The notes under the pieces are model-generated. The model worked only from the letters and a program-made list of their open reading frames with translations. It was not told the DNA's origin and did no database searches. A DNA stretch of 64,000 nucleotides from Octopus bimaculoides (taxonomy: Eukaryota), in the NCBI RefSeq assembly GCF_001194135.2, contig NC_069004.1, positions 34,557,736-34,621,735 of the forward strand, read 5' to 3'. Made by a program: the position numbers and the translations under genes. Each line of letters begins with the position of its first letter. Position 1 is the stretch's first letter. Shown piece by piece: positions 12,741 through 24,810 of this stretch.

Positions 12741-14100
12741 TTGTTGTTATTGGTGCTGTTGATTTCGTGGATCTCGGCTCAATTCCGCCACGGTCGAGCA
12801 ACAAATCTATGACTAAACCGTTTTCCAACCTTGACCATCCTGTCTTTTAAGAGATTTAGGATTACATTGGTTAATGTGTCTCATCATTTGCTTTGTTATT
12901 TTTTCTTCTTCTTTTTTTGCAATAGTATGTTGGGAGTCGGCTGCTATTTTTAGCAGGTCGAACGAACACGTAGATGCAGTTTGGGTCAAGGTGTCCACAT
13001 TGAAACTGGAGAAGAGGAGGTGACGGAGTAGGAGGAAGAGAAGAATAAAGCAAGGAGAAGAAAAGGGTGAAAGGGAAGGAGGAGGATTAAAGAAAAGGAG
13101 GAAATAGAAAAGGTGGAGGAAGAAGGAGTCCAGAAGAAAAGGGGCGAGGAGGAAGAGGAGCAAAAGGAAGAAAGTGGGACTTCTTTCGAATGTCCAATCG
13201 TAACGAAGGGTCTACGTCTTTCCTGACTCCTCCCCTCTGTACACACTCTTATCCTAACGCTGCTCCCTACCCCACGACCGAATAAGGAGCAGGAGATGTC
13301 TTAGTTCGATAGGGGCCAGTGAACAGAGCAAGTTGAGACAGGTTGCTTGTCCGAATTGCAAACTGGTGCAATTAGGGCATAGGCACAACAAACCTAGATT
13401 ATATGCAGTAACATGCACGGACTGGCATAATTAATTAGAGATTCTGTCGTTTGTTGGAGAGGAATGGTTGGGTTAGGGTTAGGGTCCGGGGGCAGTGGTA
13501 AGGCCCAGTGGCTGAGAGGTGAATTCGTGAGAGTGTAGGTGGGTGGGTGCATTGGTGGATTTTGTACACTCTCTTTCCTCCCCCTTTCTTTCTCTAACTC
13601 TCTCTCTCTCTCTCTCTCTTTCTCTCTTGTATAATAAGACAGAATTGGGTGGGTGACTGGCATGGTGAGGTAGACCAAGGCAGCAAGTTATTGTGTCAGG
13701 TTCGGCCGAGGTTTGGGGGGGAGAGAAGCGAATTGTGATCGTTGGAGGGTGGAATATAGAAATGGGCAGGATTGGTGATGGGGTGGGGTGATGGCGGTGG
13801 GGGTTGGTGCTAAAGTACATATTTTGGAGAATTTACTAACAAGCTGTACCAAGTTTATAAACAACGTTTATACTCAGATGCACACCCATAAAAGTATGCA
13901 TGTAACTACATACGTGCATACACAAATAGATACGCAAAAACCTACACACACACACACATGGAAAGAGACACACTCAAAAACACTTAGACATATACACACA
14001 CACCCACGTACGGACATTATGTGTGTTTGTATGTCTATGTGCGTGTACCTGTGTGTATGTATATACACACAGGCACAAACGTGGGCATGCAAACAAATTT

Positions 14101-14140
<40 letters not shown>

Positions 14141-15142
14141 ATACGCAAACGCACACATACAGAGAAAGATAAACTTATATCAGCGTATAAATATACACGC
14201 ATACACACAGGTAGGCGTTCGCTCGGGCACACATACATACACACGTATGGTATCTGCGCGCGCACACACACACGCATACACACAACTTCACAAACGCACA
14301 CGTTTATGCGCACACACTAACATACACACACGCACATTCACACACACATAAAGACACAGCTACATACGCCCTATCAGTGATTCGAGATTTCCTGATCAAC
14401 GTCTGCTTCGTATTTCCGTTATTATTCCAATTTGTTGTTGTTGCTGTCGTTGTTATTGAAATAATCGTTTGATAATGAAGTAATAAGAAGTAGAAGAAGA
14501 TCATAGACAGCATTGGGGGGTTCTAAAAGACCCAGTTTTGGATTTTCCGCCATCTTTAAAGCCTTCAGTTATAGGAGGTTTTTACGTGTGAGGCGGAGAT
14601 TCAAAGAAAATTGAAGGTTTTGGCAACTTCTTAACAAGCTGCTGACAATTTCTAAAGCATGGCATCCACACAAACACACACGCAGACACACACACACACA
14701 CCTACACACTTTCATAGAGACACACTCATTCCTACAATTATACGCAGTCATTTTGTTATGAGACGTTTTCATAAGTTTGTATTTGAAATAAAATGGTGCT
14801 TGATAATGAAGCTATAGAAAAGACGAAACGTTGTAAATAGAAGGATATTAAAAGCCTCACTTGCAAGTTATTTCTAAGAATTTCGTAAGAAGAATTGGTG
14901 GAGTTCTGACCATTTCCAACGTCTCTGCGATTGGTAGGCGGAAAGGTGTGTGTGTGTATGCTTGGATAACGATTTGGGAGATTCGCTAAAACGTTGCACA
15001 AAATGCTTTATGTTAGTCTTCCGGGTCAATACATTTTGAGTTCAAACAGAGCCGGGGCCTCTCAGGATTTGAGACCGATTCTTCACTCACACACTCTCTC
15101 TCTGTCTCTCTCTGTCTCTCTCTCTCTGTCTCTCTTTCTCTG

Positions 15143-15174
<32 letters not shown>

Positions 15175-15797
15175 CCGCTCTAGTGACTTCTAACGAATCA
15201 ATATCAGTTATGTTTCTAAAGACGAAATTTATACTGGATGTAGAAGTAATGAAAATAACTTTTTGTTTACTTCGCTGAGTATGTGGCACAATAATATCCA
15301 AGTACGAAGTCTTCGGTAATACAAACGTAAAAAAAGAATAAAAATGAATTTACCGAAATCAATTTGTACGCCAGTGAGAGGTTGAAGAACAACAAGACAA
15401 CTAATTTAAAGGTCAAACAAAAGAACAAAGACACAAAAGATGACTTAATTAAATTGTTTTTCATGGGTTAATTATAAAATGTTTAAATTATCAAATATGT
15501 TGTTTAACTTACAATGATTATAAGCTGTTTAGATCATTTTAATAACTAATGAGTTGTTTAAGTAATTAAATAATTATGTGCATCAATTCTATAAAGAATT
15601 TAAAATTACTTTATCAAACAGTTATTTCACATCATTGCAATCAAAGTGTTTATTGTACAAATGTATAATCGATTTTCCGGAACCATTGGTTCCGAAGCCT
15701 TTCCGGTTAACTGGTTTTCCCCAAACCAAGAGTGGTCACCTTCGTCGACACAAATATTAAATGAATATTTAATTTACTTAAATAATTAAATGAAATA

Positions 15798-16045
15798 GTG
15801 AAGGCGCGTGGCCTAGAGGTCAGGCTGACGCACTCATGGTCACTATACCGTGGGTTCGATTTCCAGACCGGACGGCGCACTGTGTTCTTGAACAAACTCC
15901 TTCGTTTCCCGTTGTTCTTGTCCCACCTCTTGATCAAGGGCGGGAGGGGTGAATGTTGGCCTGCTCGTCTAGCCAGCGGGGCGGCGTCATTTGAAGGCGA
16001 AAATAATGCATAATACATAGTGACCAGCAATGTGCCACAGCGTCT
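15798..16045 (+). mobile_element. tRNA-head SINE-like element
   Basis: ggcgcgtggcctagaggtcagg (A-box-like) ... gtgggttcgatttcc (B-box-like) ... tgtgttcttgaacaaa. It interrupts an AT-rich GTTTA-rich tract. Confidence 0.6.
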
Positions 16046-16818
16046 GATAGTCTGGTCTGTCACGTGAAATAAGATACAGGTAACTGTACATTAGTGCGGA
16101 CTATAAGACCATTAGATTTCAGGATTTCTGGACCGTTAGATTTCAGAAGGTCAATCCTGTGCCTATATTGTAAATGAGAGGATTTATTTAAAGGACAAGT
16201 GTTTAGGACACTGTGATGTGAATGCGTTTAATAAACTGATAGTAAACTGATCGACCGTTTAGAACACTTCGTTGTCAACCTGATTAGAGTACCTATTGAA
16301 ATATCGAAGTGTTTAGAATAGTCACTAACATGTCAATTTATTCAGGGCACTAAAATAACAACGTTTTTTATAATATTCACTTAACAAGGTGTTTTGAATA
16401 CTTATTAAAATAGCAATGTGTTAAGATTAATTATCAAAATGCCAACACGTTTACAAGCTGTTTGTAGCAGTCATTTATATAATAGCTTGTTTAGAATAAT
16501 CAAATTAATAGCAAATTAGCAATCCATACAATTTATAAATACTTAAACATTTAGCTATTCATTTATTATCTAGACTTTTAATGTCTTATTTGTTGTTTGT
16601 AAAGCTGGAAATGATAACCTGTTGACATCAGTTTGATAAGCTGTTTAAAACAGTTTAACAAGATAGGGTTACTAAGAAACGTTAATAGTGTCGGAAGGCA
16701 AATAGCTGGAACAAATACACCTCACTGGGCCCTCTAACAGTTCCATAAATTCAGCCTACCCCCATCAAAATTATTGGCCATGTGCCAAAATTATTATTAT
16801 TATTATTATTATTATTAT

Positions 16819-17008
16819 CGCACCAGGTGAAATGTTTAGTGGTATTTCGCTCGTCACTACGTTTTGAGTTCAAATACCACCAAGGTCGACTTTGCCTTTC
16901 AGCCTTTTTGGGTCGATAAAGTAAGTGTCAGTGAAACACTTGGATTCGATGTAATCGACGAGTCCCTCCCCACACAATTTCAGGCTTTGTGTCCATAGTA
17001 GAAAAGAT
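16819..17008 (+). mobile_element. SINE-like family A copy
   Basis: gaaatgtttagtggtatttcg...gagttcaaataccaccaaggtcgactttgcctttc...ggtcgataaa, with a (TAT)n tail. Confidence 0.8.
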
Positions 17009-17345
17009 TATTATTATTATTATTTACAATATTATACACTTACACGCAACGTTTCACATTTTTAATGTCATTTCACAAAATATTCAAACAATTGAAATGC
17101 TTTGAAGGGCAAACAGATTGTGATGGAGGAATTAGATTTTATCTGAGTCACAGAGAAGAGATTCTGCAAGGAGGCTGAATCCATAAACAAACACATTTCT
17201 GAAATTATAAGCTCTTTGACAACATTTCTACTACTTCCAGATCCATGTCTAGCGGTAGTGGAATATTTACCATTCTCTCCTTCCATAATTGTGGAAGGAA
17301 ATCACCATTATATCAAACTAATGAGTAAAGAGTTAGTCTACTTAC

Positions 17346-17500
17346 TCAAATGATAAACTGTTTAGATCGGGATGTTTATGGTACTGCGCCAAAGTCTTAT
17401 TGCTGCCAACTGGAACAACTATTTTGTCGATCACGTGTAAAACTCCATTGTCTGCTACAATATCAGTCTCCAACAGTGCAGCACCATTCATGTAGTACAT
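17346..17500 (-). CDS. Internal coding exon of a fasciclin (FAS1) domain protein, TGFBI/periostin/fasciclin-like family
   Basis: Translates as MYYMNGAALLETDIVADNGVLHVIDKIVVPVGSNKTLAQYHKHPDLNSLSF(E/D), including the FAS1 C-terminal motif NGA..x.DI.A.NGVLHVID. The acceptor is tttctttttttttttcttctacAG and the donor is GA|GTAAGT. The exon is 155 bp, starting in phase 0 and ending in phase 2. Confidence 0.88.
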
Positions 17501-17689
17501 CTGTAGAAGAAAAAAAAAAGAAACATACAATTTATTCAAAAGCTGAGATTGTGAAAAGCGCTTACAGAAATATTTCCTTCCATCAGGTTTGTGTTCAACA
17601 ACGAAATTCTCATTGAACCAATAACCGTTTTGTTTATTCTGTTATCGTTGAATCCATCGATTCTAGATCTGATTACATGTATTTCCCAA

Positions 17690-17830
17690 AAAAGAACGCT
17701 GTCTCACAGGTGCACCCAGGGATTTACGTTAAGGGCATCCATATCTGCGGGATATTCAGCCACGTGCACGTTAATTTAACAAGCATGGAGCGAAACGACC
17801 AAAGGATGCCCACTGTGGGAACGCAGGAGG
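17690..17830 (+). mobile_element. SINE-like family D partial copy
   Basis: ttacgttaagggcatccatatctgcgggatattcagccacgtgcacgttaatttaacaagc resembles the family D body. Confidence 0.55.
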
Positions 17831-18710
17831 TCTTCGTCTTCGGCGTAAATGTCCAAATATTATCAATATACCACGTGATTAAGTAACTGAGCAAATAGAA
17901 ATATTTCGATAGATCGATTCCCTTATCTGTAAACAGGTGTCACGAAGTGGTTATCAAAAGTTCACCATTGTCATAAGAATGGGGTTTTAAAAAAAAAACG
18001 AAATAGTTGAGAGTGTTCATTACGTAGACGGAGATTGATTTCGTTGTATTCCCGAGTTGGTTTCATGTTTTCCTCGTTTTCAAAGCGCTTAGAGGAGAAG
18101 AGAAAAAGAGAGAGCGGATGGAAGAGAGAGAAAGGGAGAGTGAGAGGGATATAAAGTGTGTGTGAGAGAGAGGGAGGGAGGTGGGGGGCGAGCGATGACA
18201 GAAATGGTCACACGGATCATTAAGAGAGAGAGAAAGAGATAGAAAAAAGAAGTGGGATGATGACAAAGATGATCTCACGGATCGTTCTGGTGTTATTGAC
18301 CGCTTGATACACACGTAGCTATTTTCATGATGTTCAGTGCTCCCCACCCCCACCCGCCACTGAGCTCGTCCACTTCGACTGACACCGCCCATCACCGCCG
18401 CCACCATTTCCGAAATCCCAACGGCATTATGGAACTTATTCATCATGACAACTAGAGACGACACGATATCAACATGATATAATAAACCGATATCGTCATC
18501 ACGTGATAATCATATAACATTTATTATTGAAACACACGTGGTGATTACCAATGATGGCGTGACTAAGAAACAGACAACCCACCCTCCAACCCCCAGCATG
18601 CCCCTCCCCCTCGCTTCTAATTGATTTCCATTATGACCGTTAAATATCACTGAATGTTCTGCTAGAAACGTCAGAGATCTTATAATTATTATTATTATGA
18701 TTATTATTAT

Positions 18711-18816
18711 GGCCACCCGGAATACTCGTTGGCACGCCTGGCCAAATGCTTGGCGGCATTTCATTCGTCTTGACGTTCTGAGTTCGAATCCCGTCGAGGT
18801 CGACTTTGCCTTTCAT
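18711..18816 (+). mobile_element. SINE-like family A, 5' portion
   Basis: gcacgcctggccaaatgcttggcggcatttc...gagttcgaatcccgtcgaggtcgactttgcctttcat. Confidence 0.8.
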
Positions 18817-18824
18817 TAAGTACG

Positions 18825-18941
18825 CAACTGGTACTTAATTTATCGACCCTGAAAGGATGAAAGGCAAAGTCGACCTCGACGGAATTCGAAATCAGAATGT
18901 AAAGACGGACGAAATGCCGCTAAGCACTTTGCCCGACGTGC
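18825..18941 (-). mobile_element. SINE-like family A, 5' portion, inverted
   Basis: The reverse complement reads gcacgtcgggcaaagtgcttagcggcatttcgtccgtc...gaggtcgactttgcctttcatcctttcagggtcgataaattaagtaccag. Confidence 0.8.
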
Positions 18942-18976
18942 AACAACAATGACAACGAGGAGCAGTATGAGTGTGT

Positions 18977-19015
<39 letters not shown>

Positions 19016-19171
19016 GGTGGTGGACGGAGTAGAGTAAAGGTGTAGAGAGAGAGAATAGGGATGTATTGCAATAGTACAAGACGATGATGTGAAGAATGTA
19101 ATATGGCTGACTTAAAGTTAAAATGGATGAGTATATCTACAGGGCAACACCAGCAATATGGAAACAAAAGG

Positions 19172-19211
<40 letters not shown>

Positions 19212-19450
19212 TAGGTGACACAGAAAGCCTTCACAGCCAGATACAGTGGAAAGCAGAGAAGCAACAACAACAACAAGAGACGCGAAAGAAATTACTCCGA
19301 AGAATGATGGACCAAATCTTAGAGTGTCTCTAATCTAATCTAATCTAATTAGTGATAATCAGGCCGACAGGATGTGAGTGCGCGTGTGTGTGTGTGTGTG
19401 CGCGCACGTACATACACATGTTCATATGTGTGTGTGTGTATATAGACACA

Positions 19451-19482
<32 letters not shown>

Positions 19483-19508
19483 AGTGTATGTGTAGTATAT
19501 CTAAATTC

Positions 19509-19543
<35 letters not shown>

Positions 19544-19585
19544 TGTATGTGTAGTATANNNNNNNNNNNNNNNNNNNNNNNNNNN

Positions 19586-19636
<51 letters not shown>

Positions 19637-19843
19637 TGTGTGTACATATATACACACCTTGGTGTGTGTGTGTGCATGTGATTGCATGAACTAACATATA
19701 TGAATATACGTATGTATATATTTACATTGCATCATATATGAAAATATATATGCGTAAATAGACAACTACACACACACACATACATACATAAACGCCTATG
19801 TATGTATGTGTGTGTGTATTTACACAGGCACTCACAGAGACAG

Positions 19844-19882
<39 letters not shown>

Positions 19883-20371
19883 GAACACCCCCACCGCACC
19901 GCCACCGAGTGTATATAACCAGCCTGGGTTTATAACAATGCAATGTGACAGCTAAAGACATTAGATTTCGTATTTTCGTTCACTGACTCTTTTACTAAGT
20001 ACTCACCATTTCCAAAGACACGATTATGGTCCATTTACCGCTTAATTCACTCCAACAAGCAACGCAAAAAAAACAAAAAACAAAACTCCATTCTATTCTC
20101 CAAATTCTTTCTCTTATCTACGTATGTATGTATGTATGTGCGTATACGTATATATACGTGTGTGTGTGTGTGTGTGTGTGTGTATTTTGAGTGAGTAGTT
20201 GTTGTTGCTTTTGATGTTGTTGTTGTTCCTGTGGTCGTTATTGCTGTTGTAGAATGTTATTTTCATCATTATACACTCGCCTTATATATATTATGTTCGT
20301 TCTCATAATCACTTTTTCTTGTCAATCTGTCACTCAGTACACTTAGGAACGCCCGCTCACACACAACACTT

Positions 20372-20404
<33 letters not shown>

Positions 20405-20669
20405 CATATATATATAGAGAGAGAGAGATACACACACAAGCACACATATAAACGTATATATCTGTAAACACAGAGACATACATGCATGCACATATGCAAA
20501 AATATACAGAGAGGCATGTACACGCACGTGTTCATCAATGCATATATACAATTGGATACGTATACACACACACAAATACTTATATAAAACCGTTTCGAGC
20601 AAAATGCTCATTACCAAGGAGTGAACAATAACCATCGTTGGTGCTAACGATCTCCGTGCGATGTTTAAA

Positions 20670-20883
20670 AATAATAATAATAACAATCTTTACTATAGGC
20701 ACAATTTAGAGGGGGGCAGTCGATTAGATCGACCCCAGTACACAACTGGTTCTTAATTTATCGACCCCGAAAGGATGAAAGGCAAAGTCGACCTCGGTGG
20801 ACTATGAACTCAGGACGTAAAGACACACAAAATACCACTAAGCATTTCGCCCGTTGTGCTAACGATTCTGCCAGCTCGCCGCC
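20670..20883 (-). mobile_element. SINE-like family A, near full length
   Basis: The reverse complement starts ggcggcgagctggcagaatcgttagcac and continues through gaggtcgactttgcctttcatcctttcggggtcgataaattaag. A second, more decayed copy follows at about 20884-21040. Confidence 0.85.
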
Positions 20884-21044
20884 TTTTGGCACAAGGCCAG
20901 CAATTTGTGTGAAAGGGGTAGTCAATTACAGCTACCCCAGTACAAAACTAATTCTTTTATTATTGACCCTGAAGGGAAGAAAGGCGAAATCGGCAACCGC
21001 CGACATTCGAACTCAAACATTAAGTCGGAAGAAATATCACCGAG

Positions 21045-21200
21045 CATCTTGTTTCAGCCATTTGACTGCCGCCATGCTGGAGCATCGTTTTTAGTCGAAC
21101 TAATCGACCCTAGGACTTATTCTTTGTAAGCCTAGTGCTTGTTCTATCGTTCTCTTATACCGAACCGCTAAGTTACAGGAACGTAAACATACCAACATCG
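21045..21200 (-). mobile_element. SINE-like family B 3' body
   Basis: gtttcagccatttgactgccgccatgctggagcatcg...tttgtaagcctagt...ccgaaccgctaagttac is the reverse complement of the body seen at 35870-35990, 39780-39900 and 61216-61390. Confidence 0.75.
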
Positions 21201-21369
21201 GTAGAGTAAAAATTGGAATCAAAGGGATCCATAGGTAAAAACTGGTTGCGAAGCACTGCTCTAGTGTATGGAATGAGTGGAACTCAGCTGTTATTTCTCG
21301 TTGTTTGTGCGACCGTGTAGAGGCTTCCTTGTTGGCTCACAACGGAAGAAATCGATATTGTTGTTTTTT

Positions 21370-21432
21370 CAGCCCTGGATTAATCCAGTTCTATCACATG
21401 ATCAAAGACATTCCAGCCGTGACCATCTTGTT
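21370..21432 (+). repeat. Short dispersed repeat family F (gatcaaagacattccagccgtgaccatc)
   Basis: Similar copies lie at about 27915-27990, 45340-45375, 46015-46070 and 50905-50970. Confidence 0.6.
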
Positions 21433-21912
21433 TTCCTTTATGTATCGTGGACGACCATTAGCCCTTATTTTTTAAGCGGTATGGTTTCAATCGAGAGCGG
21501 ATCGAACTTCAGTGGCTGGGAACAAGAAGGAGCGGGAGGAGTAGGAATGAAGAAGAAGAAAAGTATAGAATAAGTTAGGGGAGATGATGATGACGATGAT
21601 GCTGACAATGGTCATGATGGTGGTGGTGATGATGATGATGATGAGGAGGAAATATCTTGATAAAACTGAACAGAGACAATTTACGAAACCGAAAACGCCA
21701 TTAACAACAACAACAACGATGACGACGATAACACATCGATGGACGTCACATAGAAAAATCAGGGAACGGAGAAGATGCAGCATCACCTACATCGCCACCA
21801 CCACAGACACTAATATCATCATCATCATCATCAACACGAAAACAATGAATGCTTCTCGGTTTATCAGATCTGACACAGAAAAAGGAAGAGAAACACCAAA
21901 AATAACAACAGA

Positions 21913-21913
<1 letters not shown>

Positions 21914-21953
<40 letters not shown>

Positions 21954-21960
21954 TAATAAA

Positions 21961-22004
<44 letters not shown>

Positions 22005-22022
22005 TAATGATGATAATAAATA
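21914..22022. repeat. (TAA)n microsatellite
   Basis: Directly visible, with a few interruptions. Confidence 0.95.
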
Positions 22023-22559
22023 AAAGCCGAAAATCAGAAAAAGGGAGTAAAAGAGCCCTAAAAGCTTATCTTATTTTGATCCTGGATATTATAGCCTTAA
22101 ACATAATGTAGGGACTCGGTTTGGTCACTAACAGAATTATGAGGTTCTTCTTGTCTCTCGGTCGCCGCCATGGAACTAGAGAGGGCTGGGGGTGGCGGTG
22201 GTGGTGGGGGTGTTGGTGGTAGTAGTAGTGGTAGAGGAAAATGAGGAGCAGAGAGAGAGAGAGGTAGTAATGGTATTAGTGGTTGTGGTGGTGTTGATGA
22301 AAATGAGTTGGTGGCAGATCAGTGATGGTTGTGATGGGGATGCTGGGGCAGGTGGTGGTGGTGGTGTGGTGGTAGTGGTGGTGAAGATGAGATGGGGTCG
22401 TGGGGATGGTGGTAATGAGCGAGGTGAGGATAAGGGTGTAATGGCGAAAATGACAGAGAGAGAGAGAGAGAAAGAGAGACAGTGTTTAGGTTGTAGTAGC
22501 GAGTGGCAGTCATAATAAGAGATACATTGGTGGGGTGGGGAAAATGAGGGGCAGTGGGA

Positions 22560-23900
22560 GGTTGTAGTGGCAAAAATGAGAAGTAAAGGGAAAGGGTCAG
22601 GGGAATATAATAGGGGATGGGCGTAAATGAAATGAGACGGAGGGACTGCGCGGCGGTATTAGTGGTGGTGGTGGTGGTAAATAGATGAGGTTTAGAGGTG
22701 GATGAAAACGAAAGAGGAGGTAGGGGTTAAAAGAGAGGTAGAGGGAATAGATAATGAGAAGCTGAAATTGAGATAAGGGTGTCCATTGGGGTGGTGAAAA
22801 TACGACAGAGGTAGTTAAGAAGGGTAGAGAATATTTGAGAGAGGTGGGGTAGAAAGTAAGAGAAATACAAAGAAGAGAGAGCAAGAGAAATAAAGGTGAG
22901 AAAGAGAGAGAGGAAGCGAAAGAGAAAGAGAGAGTTAAAGAGATGGTAATAGATATATAAGCAGATAGATAAATAGAGAGCGAGCAGGACAGGTAGGTAA
23001 GAATTATCACCACCAAATGGATAGAGAAATGAAGAGGTAGAGAGTGACAGGAAGAGAGGATGGGAGACAAAAGAAAAGGGAGATAGAAAGAAAGAAAAGC
23101 AAGAGAAACAGTGAGAGAGAGAGGTGATAGTTATAGATAGGGGTGGAGAGATAAAGAGAGGTGGGCATGACAGGGAAGGGAAATAGATGAAGATATGATA
23201 GAGGGAGGAGGGTTAAAGGAGGAGGATGGGAAAAAGGAAGGAAAAATGGAGTGAGAGAGAGAGAACATAGCAAAAGAAAGAGAGAAGATGTGAGGAAAGA
23301 GAGAAGATGTGAGGAAAGAGAAAGAAATAATGAAAAAGGAATAGAGAGAAAGGGGTGAAGGGGGAAGAGCGGGAAAGAAATATAAAAGGGTATTTGAGAT
23401 AACGATAGGTGGAGAGGGAGGTGACTGGTGGCGATGGGGAACGTTTGAGTTGTGGTGGTGGTGGTGGAGGTAGGCGGGTATTGTATTGGTGTGAATTGTG
23501 ATGGTTGTGGTGATGGTGACGGTGGTTGTAGTGATGGTGGTGGTGGTGATGGTGACGGCGGTTGTAGTGGTGGTGGTGGTGGTGATGGTGACGGCGGTTG
23601 TAGTGGTGGTGGTTGTGGTGACCCTTTAGGAGCATCAAATGGTGACGGTTTTAGTTGTGCTAACATTAGTTGCTGTTGTTGGTACTGTTGTTGTAGTGGC
23701 CTCAGTGTTGGAGGAGGCTGTGGTGACAGTGGTAGTGGATGTTGCATTAGTGTGAATGGTGGTGAATGGCTGTGGTGGTGGTTCTTACGACAGTCAAATG
23801 GTGACGGCAGCTAATAATGGTGGCAGTTGCAGTGATAGTTGTTAGTGTGGTGGTAGTGGTGGTTGTCTACGTGGTGTTGATGGTAGCGATGGTGCTAGTA
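22560..23900. repeat. Purine-rich (GA/GGA) and (GGT)n low-complexity tract with a 36-39 bp imperfect tandem unit at about 23500-23610
   Basis: Strong strand asymmetry, and repeated ggtgatggtgacgg(c/t)ggttgtagtg units. Confidence 0.8.
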
Positions 23901-24633
23901 TAGAAGATAAAAAAAAGCAAGGAGTGAGGGCAGTGGAGTTAGCCTTCATCGTAGAAGGTTAAATCAATGGATAGGGAAGTGAAGGTAGATGGATGGGTAG
24001 GTAGGTAGGCAGGTAAGTAGGTAGGTAGGTATGAATGTAGATAACTAGGTAGGTGGCGGGTAGGTAAGGTGAGAGCTTCCAAGGCTCTCTACAAGCCAGA
24101 GGTGCCATTTACGAAGCTGGAACGATGTTCCGTTCCTTCATTTGATTGTTAAATGTTGTCGGACAAAGAGGAACATTCTTTGTGTTTCGTGTATTTATTT
24201 ATTTATTGAGTGAAGGTGTGAGGGAGTGAAGTAGAAGAGAGAGAGAGAGAGAGAGAGAGAGTGACAGAGAGAGAAAGAGAGAGAAAGAGAGAGAGGGGTA
24301 GAAAGGACAGAGGAACTGAATGAAATCCGAAGAGAAAAAAAAAGAGGTGAGAAGAGATAAAAGACAGAAGAAAGATGGGGGTGTTGTAAACGGAGAGAAA
24401 AATACATTATCTCATCAGAATTCCGAGCTGTAGCCCATATTATCGCGATCGATTACATATCGATGTCAAAATCACCATAATTCTCATCATTAACAACATT
24501 GCCACTTACAGATCCATCGTCATCGTCACATCCGCCGCCGCCGATATCGCCATCGACGTCGCTGTCATCGTGACCAACATCATCGCTGACATCACGCTAA
24601 TGGTGATCGCCACAATTTGTTACCATTATTAAA

Positions 24634-24810
24634 TTCTGGCAGAATCGTTAGCACGCCGGGCAAAATGTGTTCTGAGCTCCAATTCCGACGAGGCCTTTCA
24701 TCCTTTCGGGATCGATAAACTAAGTACGATTTGAGAACTGGGGGTCGATGTAATCGATTATCCTCCACCGTTCAAAACCAAAATGGCTCTGTGCCAAAAT
24801 CTGAAATCCT
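24634..24810 (+). mobile_element. SINE-like family A copy with internal deletions
   Basis: ctggcagaatcgttagcacgccgggcaaaatg...cctttcatcctttcgggatcgataaac. Confidence 0.75.

Noticed and set aside
13473-13484. (TTAGGG)2 as an interstitial telomere
   Set aside because: Only two units in a G-rich tract, which is expected by chance.
15678-15694. 8-1-8 palindrome CGGAACCA-T-TGGTTCCG
   Set aside because: It is short and isolated, and one such palindrome in 64 kb is plausible by chance.
17068-17286. ORF just downstream of the FAS1 exon containing NSSITICLPFKAF, reminiscent of the FAS1 T.F.P...AF motif
   Set aside because: The only good acceptor (tttcAG) gives the wrong phase for the phase-2 donor, and all three frames stop before the next GTAAGT.
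23007-23747. 246-aa Pro/Gln/Ser-rich minus-strand ORF resembling an extensin or formin tract
   Set aside because: It is the translation of (GGT)n and (GA)n low-complexity DNA, with no splice signals or domain seen.
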